Virus record (IMG/VR): IMGVR_UViG_3300008255_000048
Length of the DNA: 41,255 nucleotides
Origin: a virus
Direction: 5' to 3' (one strand)
Of the stretch, positions 20,803 through 32,300 are shown piece after piece. Within the stretch, counting starts at the first letter, position 1; each line of letters begins with the position of its first letter. A program made the translations under genes and the position numbers. Below the pieces are notes generated by a model. It did no database searches, was not told the DNA's origin, and saw only the letters and a program-made list of their open reading frames with translations.

Positions 20803-21116
20803 CCAGCGAGCGCCTTGAGGCTGACCAGTATGCAGAAGACATCAAGTGGCTTTTGTCTTCCAAGCAAGGACGGCGGATCGTGTGGCGGTTATTGGCTGCG
20901 ACTGGCATTCATCGCAATTCGTTCACGGGTAACTCGACTACGTTTTTCCGCGAGGGGGAGCGGAATGTCGGGTTGCGATTTACTCGGGACTTCATGGCTG
21001 CGGCAGCAGAGGAATACCGGATCATGTGGACAGAGAACGCGCGCACAGAGGACTTTGATGTGCGTGACGCTAACGGGCGGGCTGAAGAAAGCCCGCCGTG
21101 GGTTTTTGACGAATAA
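20799..21116 (+). CDS. Bbp19-like small protein
   Basis: 105 aa lying between portal and scaffold. GRRIVWRLLAATGIHRNSFTGNSTTFFREGERNVGL resembles the Bbp19 family of BPP-1-like phages (from memory). Confidence 0.5.
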   Translation: MTSERLEADQYAEDIKWLLSSKQGRRIVWRLLAATGIHRNSFTGNSTTFFREGERNVGLRFTRDFMAAAAEEYRIMWTENARTEDFDVRDANGRAEESPPWVFDE

Positions 21117-21127
21117 GGAGATATGTC

Positions 21128-21769
21128 ATGGCTGAAGAAGCTGTAGTTGAAGAATCCGAAGGGACGGTACTGACCGCTCAAGAAAACACCGACGCGGCAG
21201 AAGAATCCCCGGACCAGGCCAAAGCGGACCAATCCGCAGAGGCCGCGCCAGAAGGCGAAGATGAGGCAAAGGCCGAATCCAAACCTGATGGTGATGACGC
21301 GGAGCCTATAGAGTATGGCGACTTTGCCATGCCTGAGGGTTTCGAGTTGGATGAGGCGGCGATGGAAAGCGCGCTGCCTATTTTCAAGGAACTGAGGCTC
21401 GATCAGGAACAGGCGCAAAAGTTGGTTGACATGCACGTAGCCAATGAGCAGCGCAAAGCTGAGAGCTTTGGGGCGCAATACAAAGAGCTTACGGATAAAT
21501 GGGTCTCTGGCATTCATGAAATGTGGGGACCGGCAGATAGTCCGAAGTTCAAGGAAAACATGACCGTTGCGGCGAAAGCCGTGGAGTTTGGCGGTCCTGA
21601 ATTCCGTGATGCGCTCAACGAAACCGGAGCGGGCAATCATCCCGCAATGGCTGAGTTCCTACACCGCGTCGGAAAGGCGCTATCCGAGGACGTGATGGGC
21701 GGCAAGCCCTCACAGGGTCAAAAGACCCCTCTCGAACAGCGTCTATATCCTAGCATGTATCAGACCTAA
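21128..21769 (+). CDS. Scaffolding protein
   Basis: 213 aa, highly acidic and helical (AEESPDQAKADQSAEAAPEGEDEAKAES...). It lies immediately upstream of the capsid gene and has an aaggag SD. Confidence 0.65.
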   Translation: MAEEAVVEESEGTVLTAQENTDAAEESPDQAKADQSAEAAPEGEDEAKAESKPDGDDAEPIEYGDFAMPEGFELDEAAMESALPIFKELRLDQEQAQKLVDMHVANEQRKAESFGAQYKELTDKWVSGIHEMWGPADSPKFKENMTVAAKAVEFGGPEFRDALNETGAGNHPAMAEFLHRVGKALSEDVMGGKPSQGQKTPLEQRLYPSMYQT

Positions 21770-21819
21770 GCCAGCCTCGCTTGTGAGGTTCTGGCCTTAC
21801 CCTTAATGGAGAAAGTATC

Positions 21820-22827
21820 ATGGCTGAATTGAACGCCAAAAATCCCACGCTCCTCGATCTTGCCCGTCTGAAAGACCCGGACGGCACGGTTGCGGACATT
21901 GTTGAAATCATGAACGAGACTAACGAGGTGATGCAAGACATCTCGTTCCGTGAGGGCAATCTCACGACCGGTCATCGTTCCACGATCCGTGCTGGTATTC
22001 CGGCACCGACCTACACAAGGCTCTATGGCGGCGTTCAGCCGACCAAGGGCACGACTGTGCAGGTTGAAGATACCTGTGCTATTCTTGAAGCATATTCGGA
22101 AATCGACAAGCGGCTTGCTGATCTGGAAAACAATCAGGCGGCTTATCGCATGAGCGAGGACCGTGTGCATATCGAGGGTTTCGCACAGGAAGTTGCCAAC
22201 GGCATCTTCTACAATGACGAAGATGTGTCGCCTGAGAAGTTCACTGGCCTTGCTCCGCGCTACAATTCGCTCAGCGCGGACAATGCGGAGAACATCGTTG
22301 TCGGTGGCGGGCTCGGTTCGGATAACGCTTCGATCTGGCTGGTTGTCTGGGGTCCTCAGACCTGCATGGGTATCATCCCTAAAGGTTCTGTTGCCGGTAT
22401 GCAGGTGCGCGATCTTGGCGAAGATACCAAGGTAAACCCTGATGGCTCGATGTATCAGGTTTACCGCACTCACTACCGGTTTGATGTTGGCCTGACGCTG
22501 AAGGACTGGCGCTATGTGGTTCGCATCCCGAACATTGATCGTTCCTCCCTGTCCACTACCTGGACATCAGGTGCGTTCTCGGGTGGTGCCGATCTGTCGG
22601 ACTTGATGCATCAGGCAATCACACAGGTTCCCAACCTGAATGCGGGTCGTGCGACCTTCTACTGTGACCGCTCGATTCTCGGGACGCTGCGCCGTCAGGT
22701 CAGCGCAAAGACCAATGAGTCCACACTGCAAGCCGAGAATGTTGGCGGCACCTTGCAGACCTCGTTCATGGGCATTCCACTGCGCCGCTGTGATGCTCTG
22801 TCTGGCAACGAAGCCGCCGTATCTTAA
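21820..22827 (+). CDS. Major capsid protein (epsilon15/BPP-1-like HK97-fold type)
   Basis: 335 aa. NPTLLDLARLKDPDGTVADIVEIMNETNEVMQD...GLAPRYNSL. Position and size are typical. Confidence 0.8.
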   Translation: MAELNAKNPTLLDLARLKDPDGTVADIVEIMNETNEVMQDISFREGNLTTGHRSTIRAGIPAPTYTRLYGGVQPTKGTTVQVEDTCAILEAYSEIDKRLADLENNQAAYRMSEDRVHIEGFAQEVANGIFYNDEDVSPEKFTGLAPRYNSLSADNAENIVVGGGLGSDNASIWLVVWGPQTCMGIIPKGSVAGMQVRDLGEDTKVNPDGSMYQVYRTHYRFDVGLTLKDWRYVVRIPNIDRSSLSTTWTSGAFSGGADLSDLMHQAITQVPNLNAGRATFYCDRSILGTLRRQVSAKTNESTLQAENVGGTLQTSFMGIPLRRCDALSGNEAAVS

Positions 22828-22851
22828 CGGTCAAAGAAAGGAAACTGACCA

Positions 22852-23325
22852 ATGGCTATTCTTGATGAACGCCTTGAGTTCGCTGATGGCGTGAGTGTTG
22901 CTGCTGCTGCAGGAACCGCTCTCATCGGTGATGTTATCAATCTTGATGTCGCTCGTGATATCGGGGTGGGCAAACCGCTTTACCTTGTGCTTCGCTGCGC
23001 GACTTCCATCATCACTGGCGGGCTTGCCGGGACTATCAAGTTCCAGCTTGTCTCTGATGCACAGGCCGCGGTTGCGGTTGATGGATCGGCAACGGTGCAT
23101 TACGACACCGGCACATTTGTGACCGATGGAGACGACGCCAATGAGTTAGATGCTGGAGCCTTGATTGCGGTTATTGCTCTGCCTCGTGAGGGCAATGCGT
23201 ATGAGCAATATCTTGGCATTCTTGCAACTGTCGCTACTACCACAGTGACGGATGGGGCGATTGATGCCTTCATCACTGAAAACCCGCCGGGCGGCTGGAA
23301 AGCCTATCCCGACGCATCCAACTAA
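22852..23325 (+). CDS. Bbp16-like capsid cement/decoration protein
   Basis: 157 aa directly after the capsid gene. LIGDVINLDVARDIGVGKPLYLVLRC pattern. Confidence 0.5.
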   Translation: MAILDERLEFADGVSVAAAAGTALIGDVINLDVARDIGVGKPLYLVLRCATSIITGGLAGTIKFQLVSDAQAAVAVDGSATVHYDTGTFVTDGDDANELDAGALIAVIALPREGNAYEQYLGILATVATTTVTDGAIDAFITENPPGGWKAYPDASN

Positions 23326-23337
23326 GGAGGTACCTTG

Positions 23338-23586
23338 ATGGCTAAAGTTCTTTTTAAGAAACGCTTTTTCATTGAGGGCTACCAGTTCGCAAAGGGGGTG
23401 GGAGAGGTTCCAGACCGGTTCCTCGACCGCCTCCCTTTGGGCTCGGAAGTTCTTGACGAGAAAAAGGCGAAGGAATTGGAAAAGGCAAAAGCCGACACTG
23501 GCCAGCCTGAACCGATGACGCTTTCTCAGCACCGGAGGGGGGCAAAGAACGCCCGCCCGCTTGGTAAGCAAGAAGCGCCTAAATGA
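23338..23586 (+). CDS. Hypothetical protein (82 aa)
   Basis: ATG 23338 lies 7 nt after aaggagg. The track start at 23335 is a TTG. Confidence 0.55.
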   Translation: MAKVLFKKRFFIEGYQFAKGVGEVPDRFLDRLPLGSEVLDEKKAKELEKAKADTGQPEPMTLSQHRRGAKNARPLGKQEAPK

Positions 23587-23777
23587 TCCAGGTGCAGGTA
23601 TTCTGGCGCGATCTTGGTGGGTCGCCTGAAATCTCCTGTCTGTCGTGTGGTGAGACGGTTTTGCTCAAGACGGGTGAAACCGTCTCCCATTGCGGCATAG
23701 ATTACGTGTTGCGCTCTGAATTGGAGCGTGGCGGCAAGGTGCGCATGAATGTGAGGGTTAAAGATGGCGGTCAGTAG
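23583..23777 (+). CDS. Hypothetical protein (64 aa)
   Basis: It has an ATGA overlap with the upstream gene and contains a CxxC...HC cluster. Confidence 0.45.
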   Translation: MIQVQVFWRDLGGSPEISCLSCGETVLLKTGETVSHCGIDYVLRSELERGGKVRMNVRVKDGGQ

Positions 23778-24366
23778 CGAAGTTCAAATCTGCAATCTTG
23801 CTCTTTCACGGATTGGGGACGGAACCACGATTCAGTCACGTACCGAGGAATCCGCACAGGCCATTGCCTGCAATCTCGTTTATGACAAGGCGCGTGATAG
23901 CCTGTTGCGCGATATTGATCCCGGCTTTGCGCGGCGTGTGACCACGTTGGCTCTGACTGGTACGGCACCAGATTACTGGACATATTCCTATGCCATGCCG
24001 ACTGATGCGTTAGCAATCCGCTTTATTTACTCCGAGGCATATCAGCGGTTTTCCCGAGATGAGCAGGCGTATGAAGTGGCGTCAAATGCGTCCGGGCAGC
24101 TGATCTGGACGGATATTCAATTTGCCCGCGCTGCTTATACCGCTTCAATCAGCGACACCATTTTTTTTGATGAGGCGTTTACTGACGCGCTGATCCTGCG
24201 CGTTGCTGCCGACATTGCCATGCCCATCACATCTGATCAGCCGACGCGGGACAATGTGGTGAGGGAATACTTGGCCGCGGTGAGTCGTGCAAAGGCGCAA
24301 AACATGCGGGAGAGTTACGAGGATTATACCAGATGGACGGCTTCGCAGATTGAGGCTCGTTCCTAG
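23764..24366 (+). CDS. Tail tubular protein A / adaptor (T7 gp11-like)
   Basis: 200 aa. EVQICNLALSRIGDGTTIQS...YDKARDSLL. Size and order relative to the 767-aa gene match gp11/gp12. Confidence 0.6.
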   Translation: MAVSSEVQICNLALSRIGDGTTIQSRTEESAQAIACNLVYDKARDSLLRDIDPGFARRVTTLALTGTAPDYWTYSYAMPTDALAIRFIYSEAYQRFSRDEQAYEVASNASGQLIWTDIQFARAAYTASISDTIFFDEAFTDALILRVAADIAMPITSDQPTRDNVVREYLAAVSRAKAQNMRESYEDYTRWTASQIEARS

Positions 24367-26670
24367 ATGGCTCTGCGATCAGCCCTTCAACAGGCCTCTT
24401 TTACTGGTGGCGAGGTTAGTCCGTCGCTCTATGGCCGTGTTGATCTGTCGCGCTACACGACAAGTTTGCGTACCTGCCTTAACTGGTTTGTGAAGCCGGA
24501 GGGCGGCGTTTCCAAGCGGTCTGGAACGCGCTTTATCTGCGAGGTCAAGAATCATGCTGCCGAAACGCGCATAGTCCCCTTCCAGTTTTCGACAACAGCA
24601 ACCTATGTGCTGGAATTTGGCGATCAGTATATGCGTGTTATCAAGGACGGCGGGCAGGTTCTGGAGTCAGCAAAGAACATAACCGGCATCACGCAAGCAA
24701 ATCCTGCTGTTGTGACTAGCGCCAGTCATGGCTATTCTAATGGAGATCACGTTTTTATCCAAGGCGTATCCGGCATGGCGCAGGTCAATCAGCGCACGTT
24801 TGTTGTGCGGAACAAAACCGCAAACACATATGAGCTTGAAACGGTTGCGGGTGGTGCCGTCGATTCCACAGGATACGATGCCTATACGTCAGGCGGTACG
24901 TGCTCAAAGGTCTATGAGATTGCCACGCCATATAGCGCGGCGGCTGCTGGCGAGATGAAATATGCACAGAGCGCGGATGTTTTGTATATCGCGCACCCCT
25001 CGTATGCGCCGCGCAAGCTATCACGCACAGGTGATGCGGCATGGACGTTAGAGGTTATGGACTTTGGGACAGACCTTGTTCCTCCGTCCGGGTTTACAGG
25101 GTCATGGTCAAGCACGTATCCGGATGGTTCGACCTCTGAAAAATACATCATCACCTCGTTTGATAGCGCAACCGGCGAGGAAAGTATTGCATCTGATCCG
25201 CCGATCATTGTGGCGCGTAACAAGGTTTGGACAGCCGGAGTAACGATTGGCCTTTCATGGTCGGCGGCAATTGGCGCAACCGATTACAACATTTACAAGG
25301 CGCAGTCCGGCGTATTTGGATATGTTGGCACGGCAAGCACAACCAGTTTCAGCGATAACAATATCGTTCCGGACACGACAGACACGGCACCTGAAGCGTT
25401 CAACCCGTTTGCGGATGACAACCACCCTTCAACGGTAACATTTTTCGAGGACCGGCTTTACTGGGCGGCATCGAATACGCTTCCGCAGACTGCATGGGGA
25501 AGCCAGCCCGGCAATTACACCAATCACGACCGATCTAGCCCTCCGAATGATGGCGATGGCGTGGAGTTCACTATCAATGCGCGCCAGGTGAACAAGATAG
25601 AACATATGGTTCCTCTTGATGATCTTATTCTTCTGACGAGCGGCGCGGTCTGGGCGGCGTCCGGACAGGGTGAGAACGAGCCGCTCACGCCAAACTCGAT
25701 CCGTGTGCGGGTGCAGTCCTATTCCGGTGCAGAAAGCGTTGAACCTGTTTTGATCTCAGACACGGTTCTTTATGTTGAGGACAAGGCGCAGAGCGTGCGC
25801 GATCTTTACTATCAGTTTGCATCCGACGCCTACACCGGATCGGACCTCACCATCATGTCGCGCCATTTGTTTACCGGAAAGACAATTGTGGACTGGGCTT
25901 TCTCCAAGGTTCCACATTCTATCGTATGGGCCTGCCGTTCGGACGGCGCACTGCTTGGCCTGACCTATGTGCGTGAGCATGAGGTGTGGGGATGGCATCG
26001 CCATGACACCGCCGCAAGCGGAAAATTTGAGCACGTCGCTGTGGTTTCTGAAGGTGACGAAGATGCGGTATATTTTGTGGTTAAGCGGACTATTGGGGGA
26101 GAAACACACCGGTTTATCGAGCGCCTGCAAAGCCGTGTTTTCTCGGATCAAACCGACGCCTATTTTGTAGACTGCGGCCTGAAGTATGACGGCGCGGAAA
26201 CTTCGTCGCTTACCGGGCTTTGGCATCTTGAAGGAGAAGACGTTGCCATTCTGGCTGATGCCGAAGTGGAGCCCGCCCAGACAGTAACAAACGGAACAGT
26301 CACGCTACAAAACCCTGCGACAAAGGCGAGCGTGGGCTTGCCCTACACTGCTGATGTTGAAACGCTGGACCTGAATGCTCCTATTGAGGGCGGGGCGCTG
26401 GCATCTAAGAATCGCAAGGTGTCAAAGATTCACCTTCGCATTAACGAGGCACGAGGTCTTTTTGCGGCTGAAACGGGCTCAGGCGTTTTGAATGAGCTGA
26501 AACAGCGCACAACCGAGGCTTATGGTGATCCCATTGCGCTTCAATCTGGCATCGTTGAAATCGTAGTCAATTCGACATGGGGCAAGCGGGGCCGTGCCTT
26601 CATCCGTTCAAGTGATCCGCTTCCGGCTGAAATACAGTCTATCATTCCAGAGTTTGCGGTCGGTGGATGA
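24367..26670 (+). CDS. Tail tubular protein B / nozzle (T7 gp12-like)
   Basis: 767 aa. The N-terminus reads FTGGEVSPSLYGRVDLSRYTTSLRTCLNWFVKPEGGVSKRSGTRF. Confidence 0.65.
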   Translation: MALRSALQQASFTGGEVSPSLYGRVDLSRYTTSLRTCLNWFVKPEGGVSKRSGTRFICEVKNHAAETRIVPFQFSTTATYVLEFGDQYMRVIKDGGQVLESAKNITGITQANPAVVTSASHGYSNGDHVFIQGVSGMAQVNQRTFVVRNKTANTYELETVAGGAVDSTGYDAYTSGGTCSKVYEIATPYSAAAAGEMKYAQSADVLYIAHPSYAPRKLSRTGDAAWTLEVMDFGTDLVPPSGFTGSWSSTYPDGSTSEKYIITSFDSATGEESIASDPPIIVARNKVWTAGVTIGLSWSAAIGATDYNIYKAQSGVFGYVGTASTTSFSDNNIVPDTTDTAPEAFNPFADDNHPSTVTFFEDRLYWAASNTLPQTAWGSQPGNYTNHDRSSPPNDGDGVEFTINARQVNKIEHMVPLDDLILLTSGAVWAASGQGENEPLTPNSIRVRVQSYSGAESVEPVLISDTVLYVEDKAQSVRDLYYQFASDAYTGSDLTIMSRHLFTGKTIVDWAFSKVPHSIVWACRSDGALLGLTYVREHEVWGWHRHDTAASGKFEHVAVVSEGDEDAVYFVVKRTIGGETHRFIERLQSRVFSDQTDAYFVDCGLKYDGAETSSLTGLWHLEGEDVAILADAEVEPAQTVTNGTVTLQNPATKASVGLPYTADVETLDLNAPIEGGALASKNRKVSKIHLRINEARGLFAAETGSGVLNELKQRTTEAYGDPIALQSGIVEIVVNSTWGKRGRAFIRSSDPLPAEIQSIIPEFAVGG

Positions 26671-27119
26671 TTGAGATCGTTCCGGCAGATACCGGGCATG
26701 TGCGCGCGATTGTTCCGAACCTTCGTGACGCGGACAAAATCGAAGTTTACGCGCAGTCTGGACAGTCTGCGGGAATTGCGCTTCTTGCTTCTGTGTCTGT
26801 TGGGAAGTCTGAAACAGCTTTGATGGATGGTGAGCCTGTCGCGATGTTCGGTGTCTCTCCTTTGAGCGTTGTAACACGTTCCGGGGTTCCGTGGCTTGTT
26901 GGAACCGGCAAATTGCTTGATATTCCGGCGACGTTCGCGCGCGTGAGCCGTGCCGAAGTCAATGGCTGGATGGAAAAATATGACTATCTTATGAACCATG
27001 TCGATGCACGTAATTCGGTATCTATCCGCTGGCTGCAATGGCTTGGCTTTACGATACACGACGCAGAGCCACATGGACCGTTTGGCGTGGCGTTTCACAA
27101 GTTTGACTGGAGCCGATAA
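26667..27119 (+). CDS. Internal virion protein A-like (DUF2833/GNAT-like fold)
   Basis: 150 aa. LRDADKIEV...GEPVAMFGVSPL...GVPWLVGT pattern. It occupies the T7 gp13 position. Confidence 0.5.
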   Translation: MIEIVPADTGHVRAIVPNLRDADKIEVYAQSGQSAGIALLASVSVGKSETALMDGEPVAMFGVSPLSVVTRSGVPWLVGTGKLLDIPATFARVSRAEVNGWMEKYDYLMNHVDARNSVSIRWLQWLGFTIHDAEPHGPFGVAFHKFDWSR

Positions 27120-27631
27120 TGTGTGGACCTGCACTTCCTGCAGTAATGGTAGCCGCCTCGACCGCCGTAACTGCCTTTGGGCAGGTGCAGGCTGGACGGG
27201 CCGCTCAAGCCTCGGCGAATTATAACGCAGAGGTTCAACGCAATAACGCTATCATTGCGCGCAATCAGGCTGGACAAGAAGAAGAAAGAGCCCGGCTTGA
27301 CATTACCCGGCGTCAGCGTGAGCAGGCTCAGATTCAAGGCCGTCAGCGCGCGTTGGCCGGGGCCTCTGGCGTTGAGATAGCATCCGGATCGCCGCTTGCG
27401 GTACTGGTTGGAACCGCAGAGCAGGGCGCTCTTGATGTCGCAATCATCCGCTCCAATGCGGATCAACGCATTCAGGACCTTCGCTTTCAGGGTGCAAATC
27501 TTGATGCGCAATCGGTCCTAACGCGCTCAGATGGTCGAAGCGCACGTAGCCAAAGTTTGCTTCAGGCAGGTGGCACTCTTCTTTCCGGTGCGTCTCGGGC
27601 ATCTGGCTTGTGGCAGAACAGGGGAAATTAG
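27119..27631 (+). CDS. Internal virion/ejection protein (gp14 position)
   Basis: 170 aa with a hydrophobic N-terminus (MCGPALPAVMVAASTAVTAFG) followed by a coiled coil. Confidence 0.5.
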   Translation: MCGPALPAVMVAASTAVTAFGQVQAGRAAQASANYNAEVQRNNAIIARNQAGQEEERARLDITRRQREQAQIQGRQRALAGASGVEIASGSPLAVLVGTAEQGALDVAIIRSNADQRIQDLRFQGANLDAQSVLTRSDGRSARSQSLLQAGGTLLSGASRASGLWQNRGN

Positions 27632-29311
27632 ATGCCGCAGGTTCCTCTTTCTACCGTTCAGGTTCAAACGACTCAGGCCAGCCAACAGGTGCAGGCATCA
27701 CCCGATGCGTTCGGTGCCGGGGTTGGGCGTGGCCTGCAATCCGTTGGTCAGGGTCTTGACGCTCTTGCACAGCGCGCCCAACAAATACAGGAAGAAAACG
27801 ACGCAGCGAGTGCTATGGAGGCCTATACGCGCGCTTCTGACGCTGCGCGCGAGTTTCTGCGCGGAGAACAGGGGTTTCTCACCCGAGAGGGACGCGAGGC
27901 TTTTGAAGGATATGACGACGCGCAGGCTAGGTTTGATGAGCTGTCGCAGGAATATCGTCCCGAAAGTCAAGGAGCCCGAGAGGCGTTTGAACAGCTTTGG
28001 CGCAGCCGCCGTGAAGGCGCGCTCAACACTATCGCCACACATGCGGCCAATCAGCGCCGAGCGTATTTTGAGAACTCCCGCACGGCTTTTCAGCAAGAAC
28101 AGCTTAATACGGCTATTGAGAATTATTCCAACCCGGAGATTTTTGACGAGAGCATTGCGCGCGGTGTTGCTGCAATCCGGGCGTCTGGTGCAAACGGAAG
28201 GCGTCCGGCTGATGAAATCAATCTGGAAGTCGCTGAATATCAGTCTCAAGCGGTGCGGACTGGAATAGCCGCAGCACTGGATTCGGGCAATTTTGCACAG
28301 GCCGAGGCGCTGCGTGATCGCCATGGTGATCGCCTGATTGGTGAAGACAGAGCAACGGTTGATGCGCTGATAGAGCGCGGCGCTCTGACTGTGCGCCGTC
28401 AGGAAGCCACTGACGAGATATTCTCCCGCTTTGGAACGGATGAGCGTTCGGCCCGCCGTCATATCCGCGAAAACTATGAGGGCGATCTGGAGGACTCCAT
28501 CATACAGGACTATAACCGCCGTGTGGGTGAGGTCCAGATCAGCCAGACTGAGCGGCGTGAATATGTGATGCAACAGGCGGTTGCCGCTGTCGAGGCTGGA
28601 ATGCCGGTCGATGAGTTGCCGCCGTCTCAATTCCTTGCCCTGAATGAGGGGGAGAGAGAATGGTTGCGCCGTCGCCAATCCGGTCTCCCCATGTCAACGG
28701 ATTTTGAGGCCTATACCAATTATGCGAACATGGATGAGGCCAGCTTGCGCACGGTAGATTTGACTGAGGCGCGCCGCAATCTGGATGACGAAGATTATAA
28801 CCGCGTCGTAGGGTGGGTTCGCCGCGCTCGTGATGGCGAGTTTGATCCGGATGCGCTTGACGGGGTGCGCAGTGAGTTGGCTGTTGTAAATGAAACGCTT
28901 ATCGGTATGGGCATAGATCGCGGTGCGGATGAGTGGAATCGTTTTCATCAAAATGTCGAGCGCAACCGGCGCGCGCTGGCGCGGCGCGAGGGCCGCGAGC
29001 CGAACGCTGATGAGACGCAGGCGATTGTCGATAGTCTTGCCCGTGAAGTTGTGTTTGAGCGCCCCGGCCTGTTCAATGATGTGAGAGGCCGAATTGGAAC
29101 AACCGGGTTCGGTGACGCCATTCCGCCTGAACATCAGGCGGCTGTGCTGGCTGCGTTCCCTGAAACCCGCATTCCTCAATCCGCTGCGGTAGGTCTGTAT
29201 AACAGGGCAATTGAATCCTACCGTGAGCGCGGGGTTCTTGACCCGTCTCCGGACGAAATTCAGGAAGCCGTTGCATGGCTGCGTGAGCAAGGGCGTGAAA
29301 ATGACCGCTGA
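27632..29311 (+). CDS. Internal virion/ejection protein (gp15 position)
   Basis: 559 aa, helical and charged, located between the gp14-position and gp16-position genes. Confidence 0.5.
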   Translation: MPQVPLSTVQVQTTQASQQVQASPDAFGAGVGRGLQSVGQGLDALAQRAQQIQEENDAASAMEAYTRASDAAREFLRGEQGFLTREGREAFEGYDDAQARFDELSQEYRPESQGAREAFEQLWRSRREGALNTIATHAANQRRAYFENSRTAFQQEQLNTAIENYSNPEIFDESIARGVAAIRASGANGRRPADEINLEVAEYQSQAVRTGIAAALDSGNFAQAEALRDRHGDRLIGEDRATVDALIERGALTVRRQEATDEIFSRFGTDERSARRHIRENYEGDLEDSIIQDYNRRVGEVQISQTERREYVMQQAVAAVEAGMPVDELPPSQFLALNEGEREWLRRRQSGLPMSTDFEAYTNYANMDEASLRTVDLTEARRNLDDEDYNRVVGWVRRARDGEFDPDALDGVRSELAVVNETLIGMGIDRGADEWNRFHQNVERNRRALARREGREPNADETQAIVDSLAREVVFERPGLFNDVRGRIGTTGFGDAIPPEHQAAVLAAFPETRIPQSAAVGLYNRAIESYRERGVLDPSPDEIQEAVAWLREQGRENDR

Positions 29312-32300
29312 TCCATTTGAAACGGCTGCCAGCCGCAGAAGTGCCGAGACGTTATCCGATCCTTTTGAGGCTGCACGTCAGCGCCGCGCTCAACGAGCGG
29401 AAGCCACTCATCGCTATGTGCGTGACACTAACCCGGACGAGGCCGCAGAGGCGTTAAGCCTGTCTGATGCGCTTCAAGTCCCGTTTACCTTTGCCATGCG
29501 CAACCGTGCCGCCATGGTTCAGGCGGTAGATGACCGCGACATCCAGACCTATTTGCGCAACTCTCCATTGACATCTGCGTTCATGAGTCAGCCTGAACAG
29601 GCGGCGGTAACGAGCGATTCCGTGCGCGAACTGGCCGAGATAGAACGTCTTATCGCCGAGCGTAATGCGCCCCGGCGCTCAATAGCGCGTCAGGTTGTTG
29701 AGGTTCCTCGCACCGCAGCTGCTGGCGCGCTATCGCTGGGTGGTGGTCTGGCGGGTCTCGCTGATTTATATGAGGCCTCCTATGTCATCCCGGTCAGCCG
29801 GTTCTTGAACGAACGCACGGGCGGCGGGCTGGATGCCTTCAATCAAGTGGGTCCTGATGTGATTAACCGCGTCGCTGAAGCCGTCACACCGACGACATTG
29901 CTCCGCAATGCCGGTGAGGGGTTTGAGAATCTGGCAGATGCTGTTCGGCCAGATGATCCGGGGTTTGTGGATCAGATTGGCGAAGCGTTGGGGCAAATTG
30001 CTGGTGCAGTGGGTTTGTCTCTTGGCACGTCGAATCCGGCTCCTGTCGTGGGCTTGTTTTCAGGTCTTGGGGCTCGCCAGCAATCAGAGCGGATGCGCTC
30101 GCTGGGTATTGACCCAAACGAAAACCCGGATGCGCTGATTCAGGGCGCGACCGTGACAGGCGCAACCGAGGCGCTCCGTCTGGGCAGTATCATGCGTGTG
30201 CTTCCGGCATCTGTGCGTAGCCGTGTGGCTTCGAGCGTCTTTGCCCGTATTGCAGGGCAGGCGGGAGAGGAGGCGGCACAAGAGGCTGTAGAGAATATTG
30301 GGCAAAATCTGATTGCTCAGGGCTATGATGCCGAGGCGCGCCTGTTTGAAGGTGTGGCGCAAGAGGCAACAACGGCTGGAACGGCTTCAGCGATATTTCA
30401 GGGTCTTGTGGAGGTTGCCTTACCAGGGCGAGCGCGTCAGGCGCGGGCTCGGCAAGAGGCCGAAACGATGACGCAACTGCGCGAAGCGGTTGAACAGGTA
30501 CCGGCATTCCAACGCAGCCGCGAGGCTATTGAGAGTTTTCTCAATAACGCAACCGAGGCGCAAACCGTGTTTCTCGACGATGAAGGCGTAACGGCTCTTT
30601 ATCAAACGGAAGGCTTTGATGTGTTGCGCTCTCTTGGTGTAACCGAGGATCAGGTGTCAGCGGCCTTTGCCGGAAATGATGTGGAAATATCTGCCTCCCG
30701 TCTTCTGACCGTGCAGGACCGCGCTCAATATGATAGGCTGGTAGAAATCACCCGTATTGATCCCGATGCGGACACTCTGGCCGAGGCAGCAAACGCGGCA
30801 TTCAACGCGGCGCGCGAGATTGATTATTCCGAGGCACTGGCCCGGCTGCGTGACGAGGAACAATCGCTTGAGGGCTTTGAGATTGTTCAAGAGAATGTGA
30901 CGCAACAGCTTCAGAACGCGGGCCGCTCGCTGGAGGAATCGCAGACTGCTGGCGTGTTGTGGGGTGCTATCTTCCGCACAATTGAGGAACGCTTTGGGGT
31001 CGATTCTGCTCGGACATTTGAACGCCTTGGCTTGAATATCCAGCGGGCTGATGCGCAACAGCGCCGCGCCGATTTGACTGACTTGCTTATTGAAGACTTG
31101 CGCCGCGATGCCATACCGAGTGAGGCTGAGGCTTTTGGTCCGACGCTTCAAGACTATGCCCGCGATGAAGGTTTGATTGCCCGGCGTGGTGAACTTGAAC
31201 TTGACGATGCGGCGCTGGATGCTTTTGGCGAGCGCGCAACAGAGTTGGGTTTCTTTCCGGAGCGTCCGTCTGCAAATGATATCCGGCAGGCGCTTGAGGG
31301 TGGCCCGGTCTATCTGGAAAGCAACCGTAACGAGCCGGTGGCGCAACGTCGTGAGGCACTTTTGAGCCTGCAAGAGCAGGTGCGCGGATCGGGGATTGAT
31401 CTTGCCGATGCAAGTAACGATGCGGTGCGCTCCGCTCTGGGTGATGTGCTGAATCAAGAAGGCAAGGGCGATGCGCGCGCACAAGTCCTCATTCCCGGCG
31501 GTGGTGTTCTTTCTGATCAGGACACCATTGTCAGGCTATCGCAGGCGGCGGACAAAACCTCATTCCTGCATGAAACTGCACACATTTATCTTGAATTGCT
31601 TGCCGAGATGGAAAGCGAGAATGATGCGGTTGCCGCTGATATGGCGACGATCCGTGAATGGCTGGGCTCTGAACCGGGCGCAAAGTTGACCCGCGAACAG
31701 CATGAGACGTTTGCGGAATCTTTTGAGGTCTATCTGATGGAGGGCAAAGCGCCGTCAACAGAGATGAAGGGCGTGTTTCGTAAATTCCGTGCGTGGTTCC
31801 TTCAGGTTTACCGCAATCTGCGCGGTCAGTTGCCTGCGCTGAACGATGAAGCCCGTGAAATCTTTGACCGGATGCTGGCAACCGATGATGAAATCACGGC
31901 TGCGCGCAATGGTTATGCGCTCACTCTGTCCTCCGTTATGGAGGGGCTGATGGACTCTGATGAGGTTGGGAGATACCGCGAGGACGCGCGGCGCGCCGGA
32001 GATGTGGCGTTTGACCGCCTGCTGCGCAAGCACATTGCGCAAATCCAGCGCCGGGAAACGAGACGTTACAAGGACGGGTTGCGGGAGGTCGAGCAACAGG
32101 TTCGCAGCGAAATCATGGCTATGCCGGTGTATCGCGCCTTTGCCGATCTAACGCGCCCTGACGGGCCAAAACTGGACAAGGCAGCCATTATCGAAATGCG
32201 GGGCGCAAGCGCGCCAGCGGCCATTCCACGGTCAAGCAGGGCGGTGTATGCGGCCAAGGGCGGCGTTCATCCGGACGTGGTGGCAAATGATTACGGGTTT

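Noticed and set aside
27698-28678. Long antisense ORFs inside structural genes: 326 aa here, plus 32232-33212, 30657-31484, 28694-29290, 21766-22473, 20909-21640, 19498-20067, 35454-36194 and 13001-13684
   Set aside because: These are typical GC-rich shadow ORFs opposite well-supported genes. Their composition is arginine/serine/proline-rich, they have no SD or family motifs, and they would interrupt a tightly packed co-directional operon.
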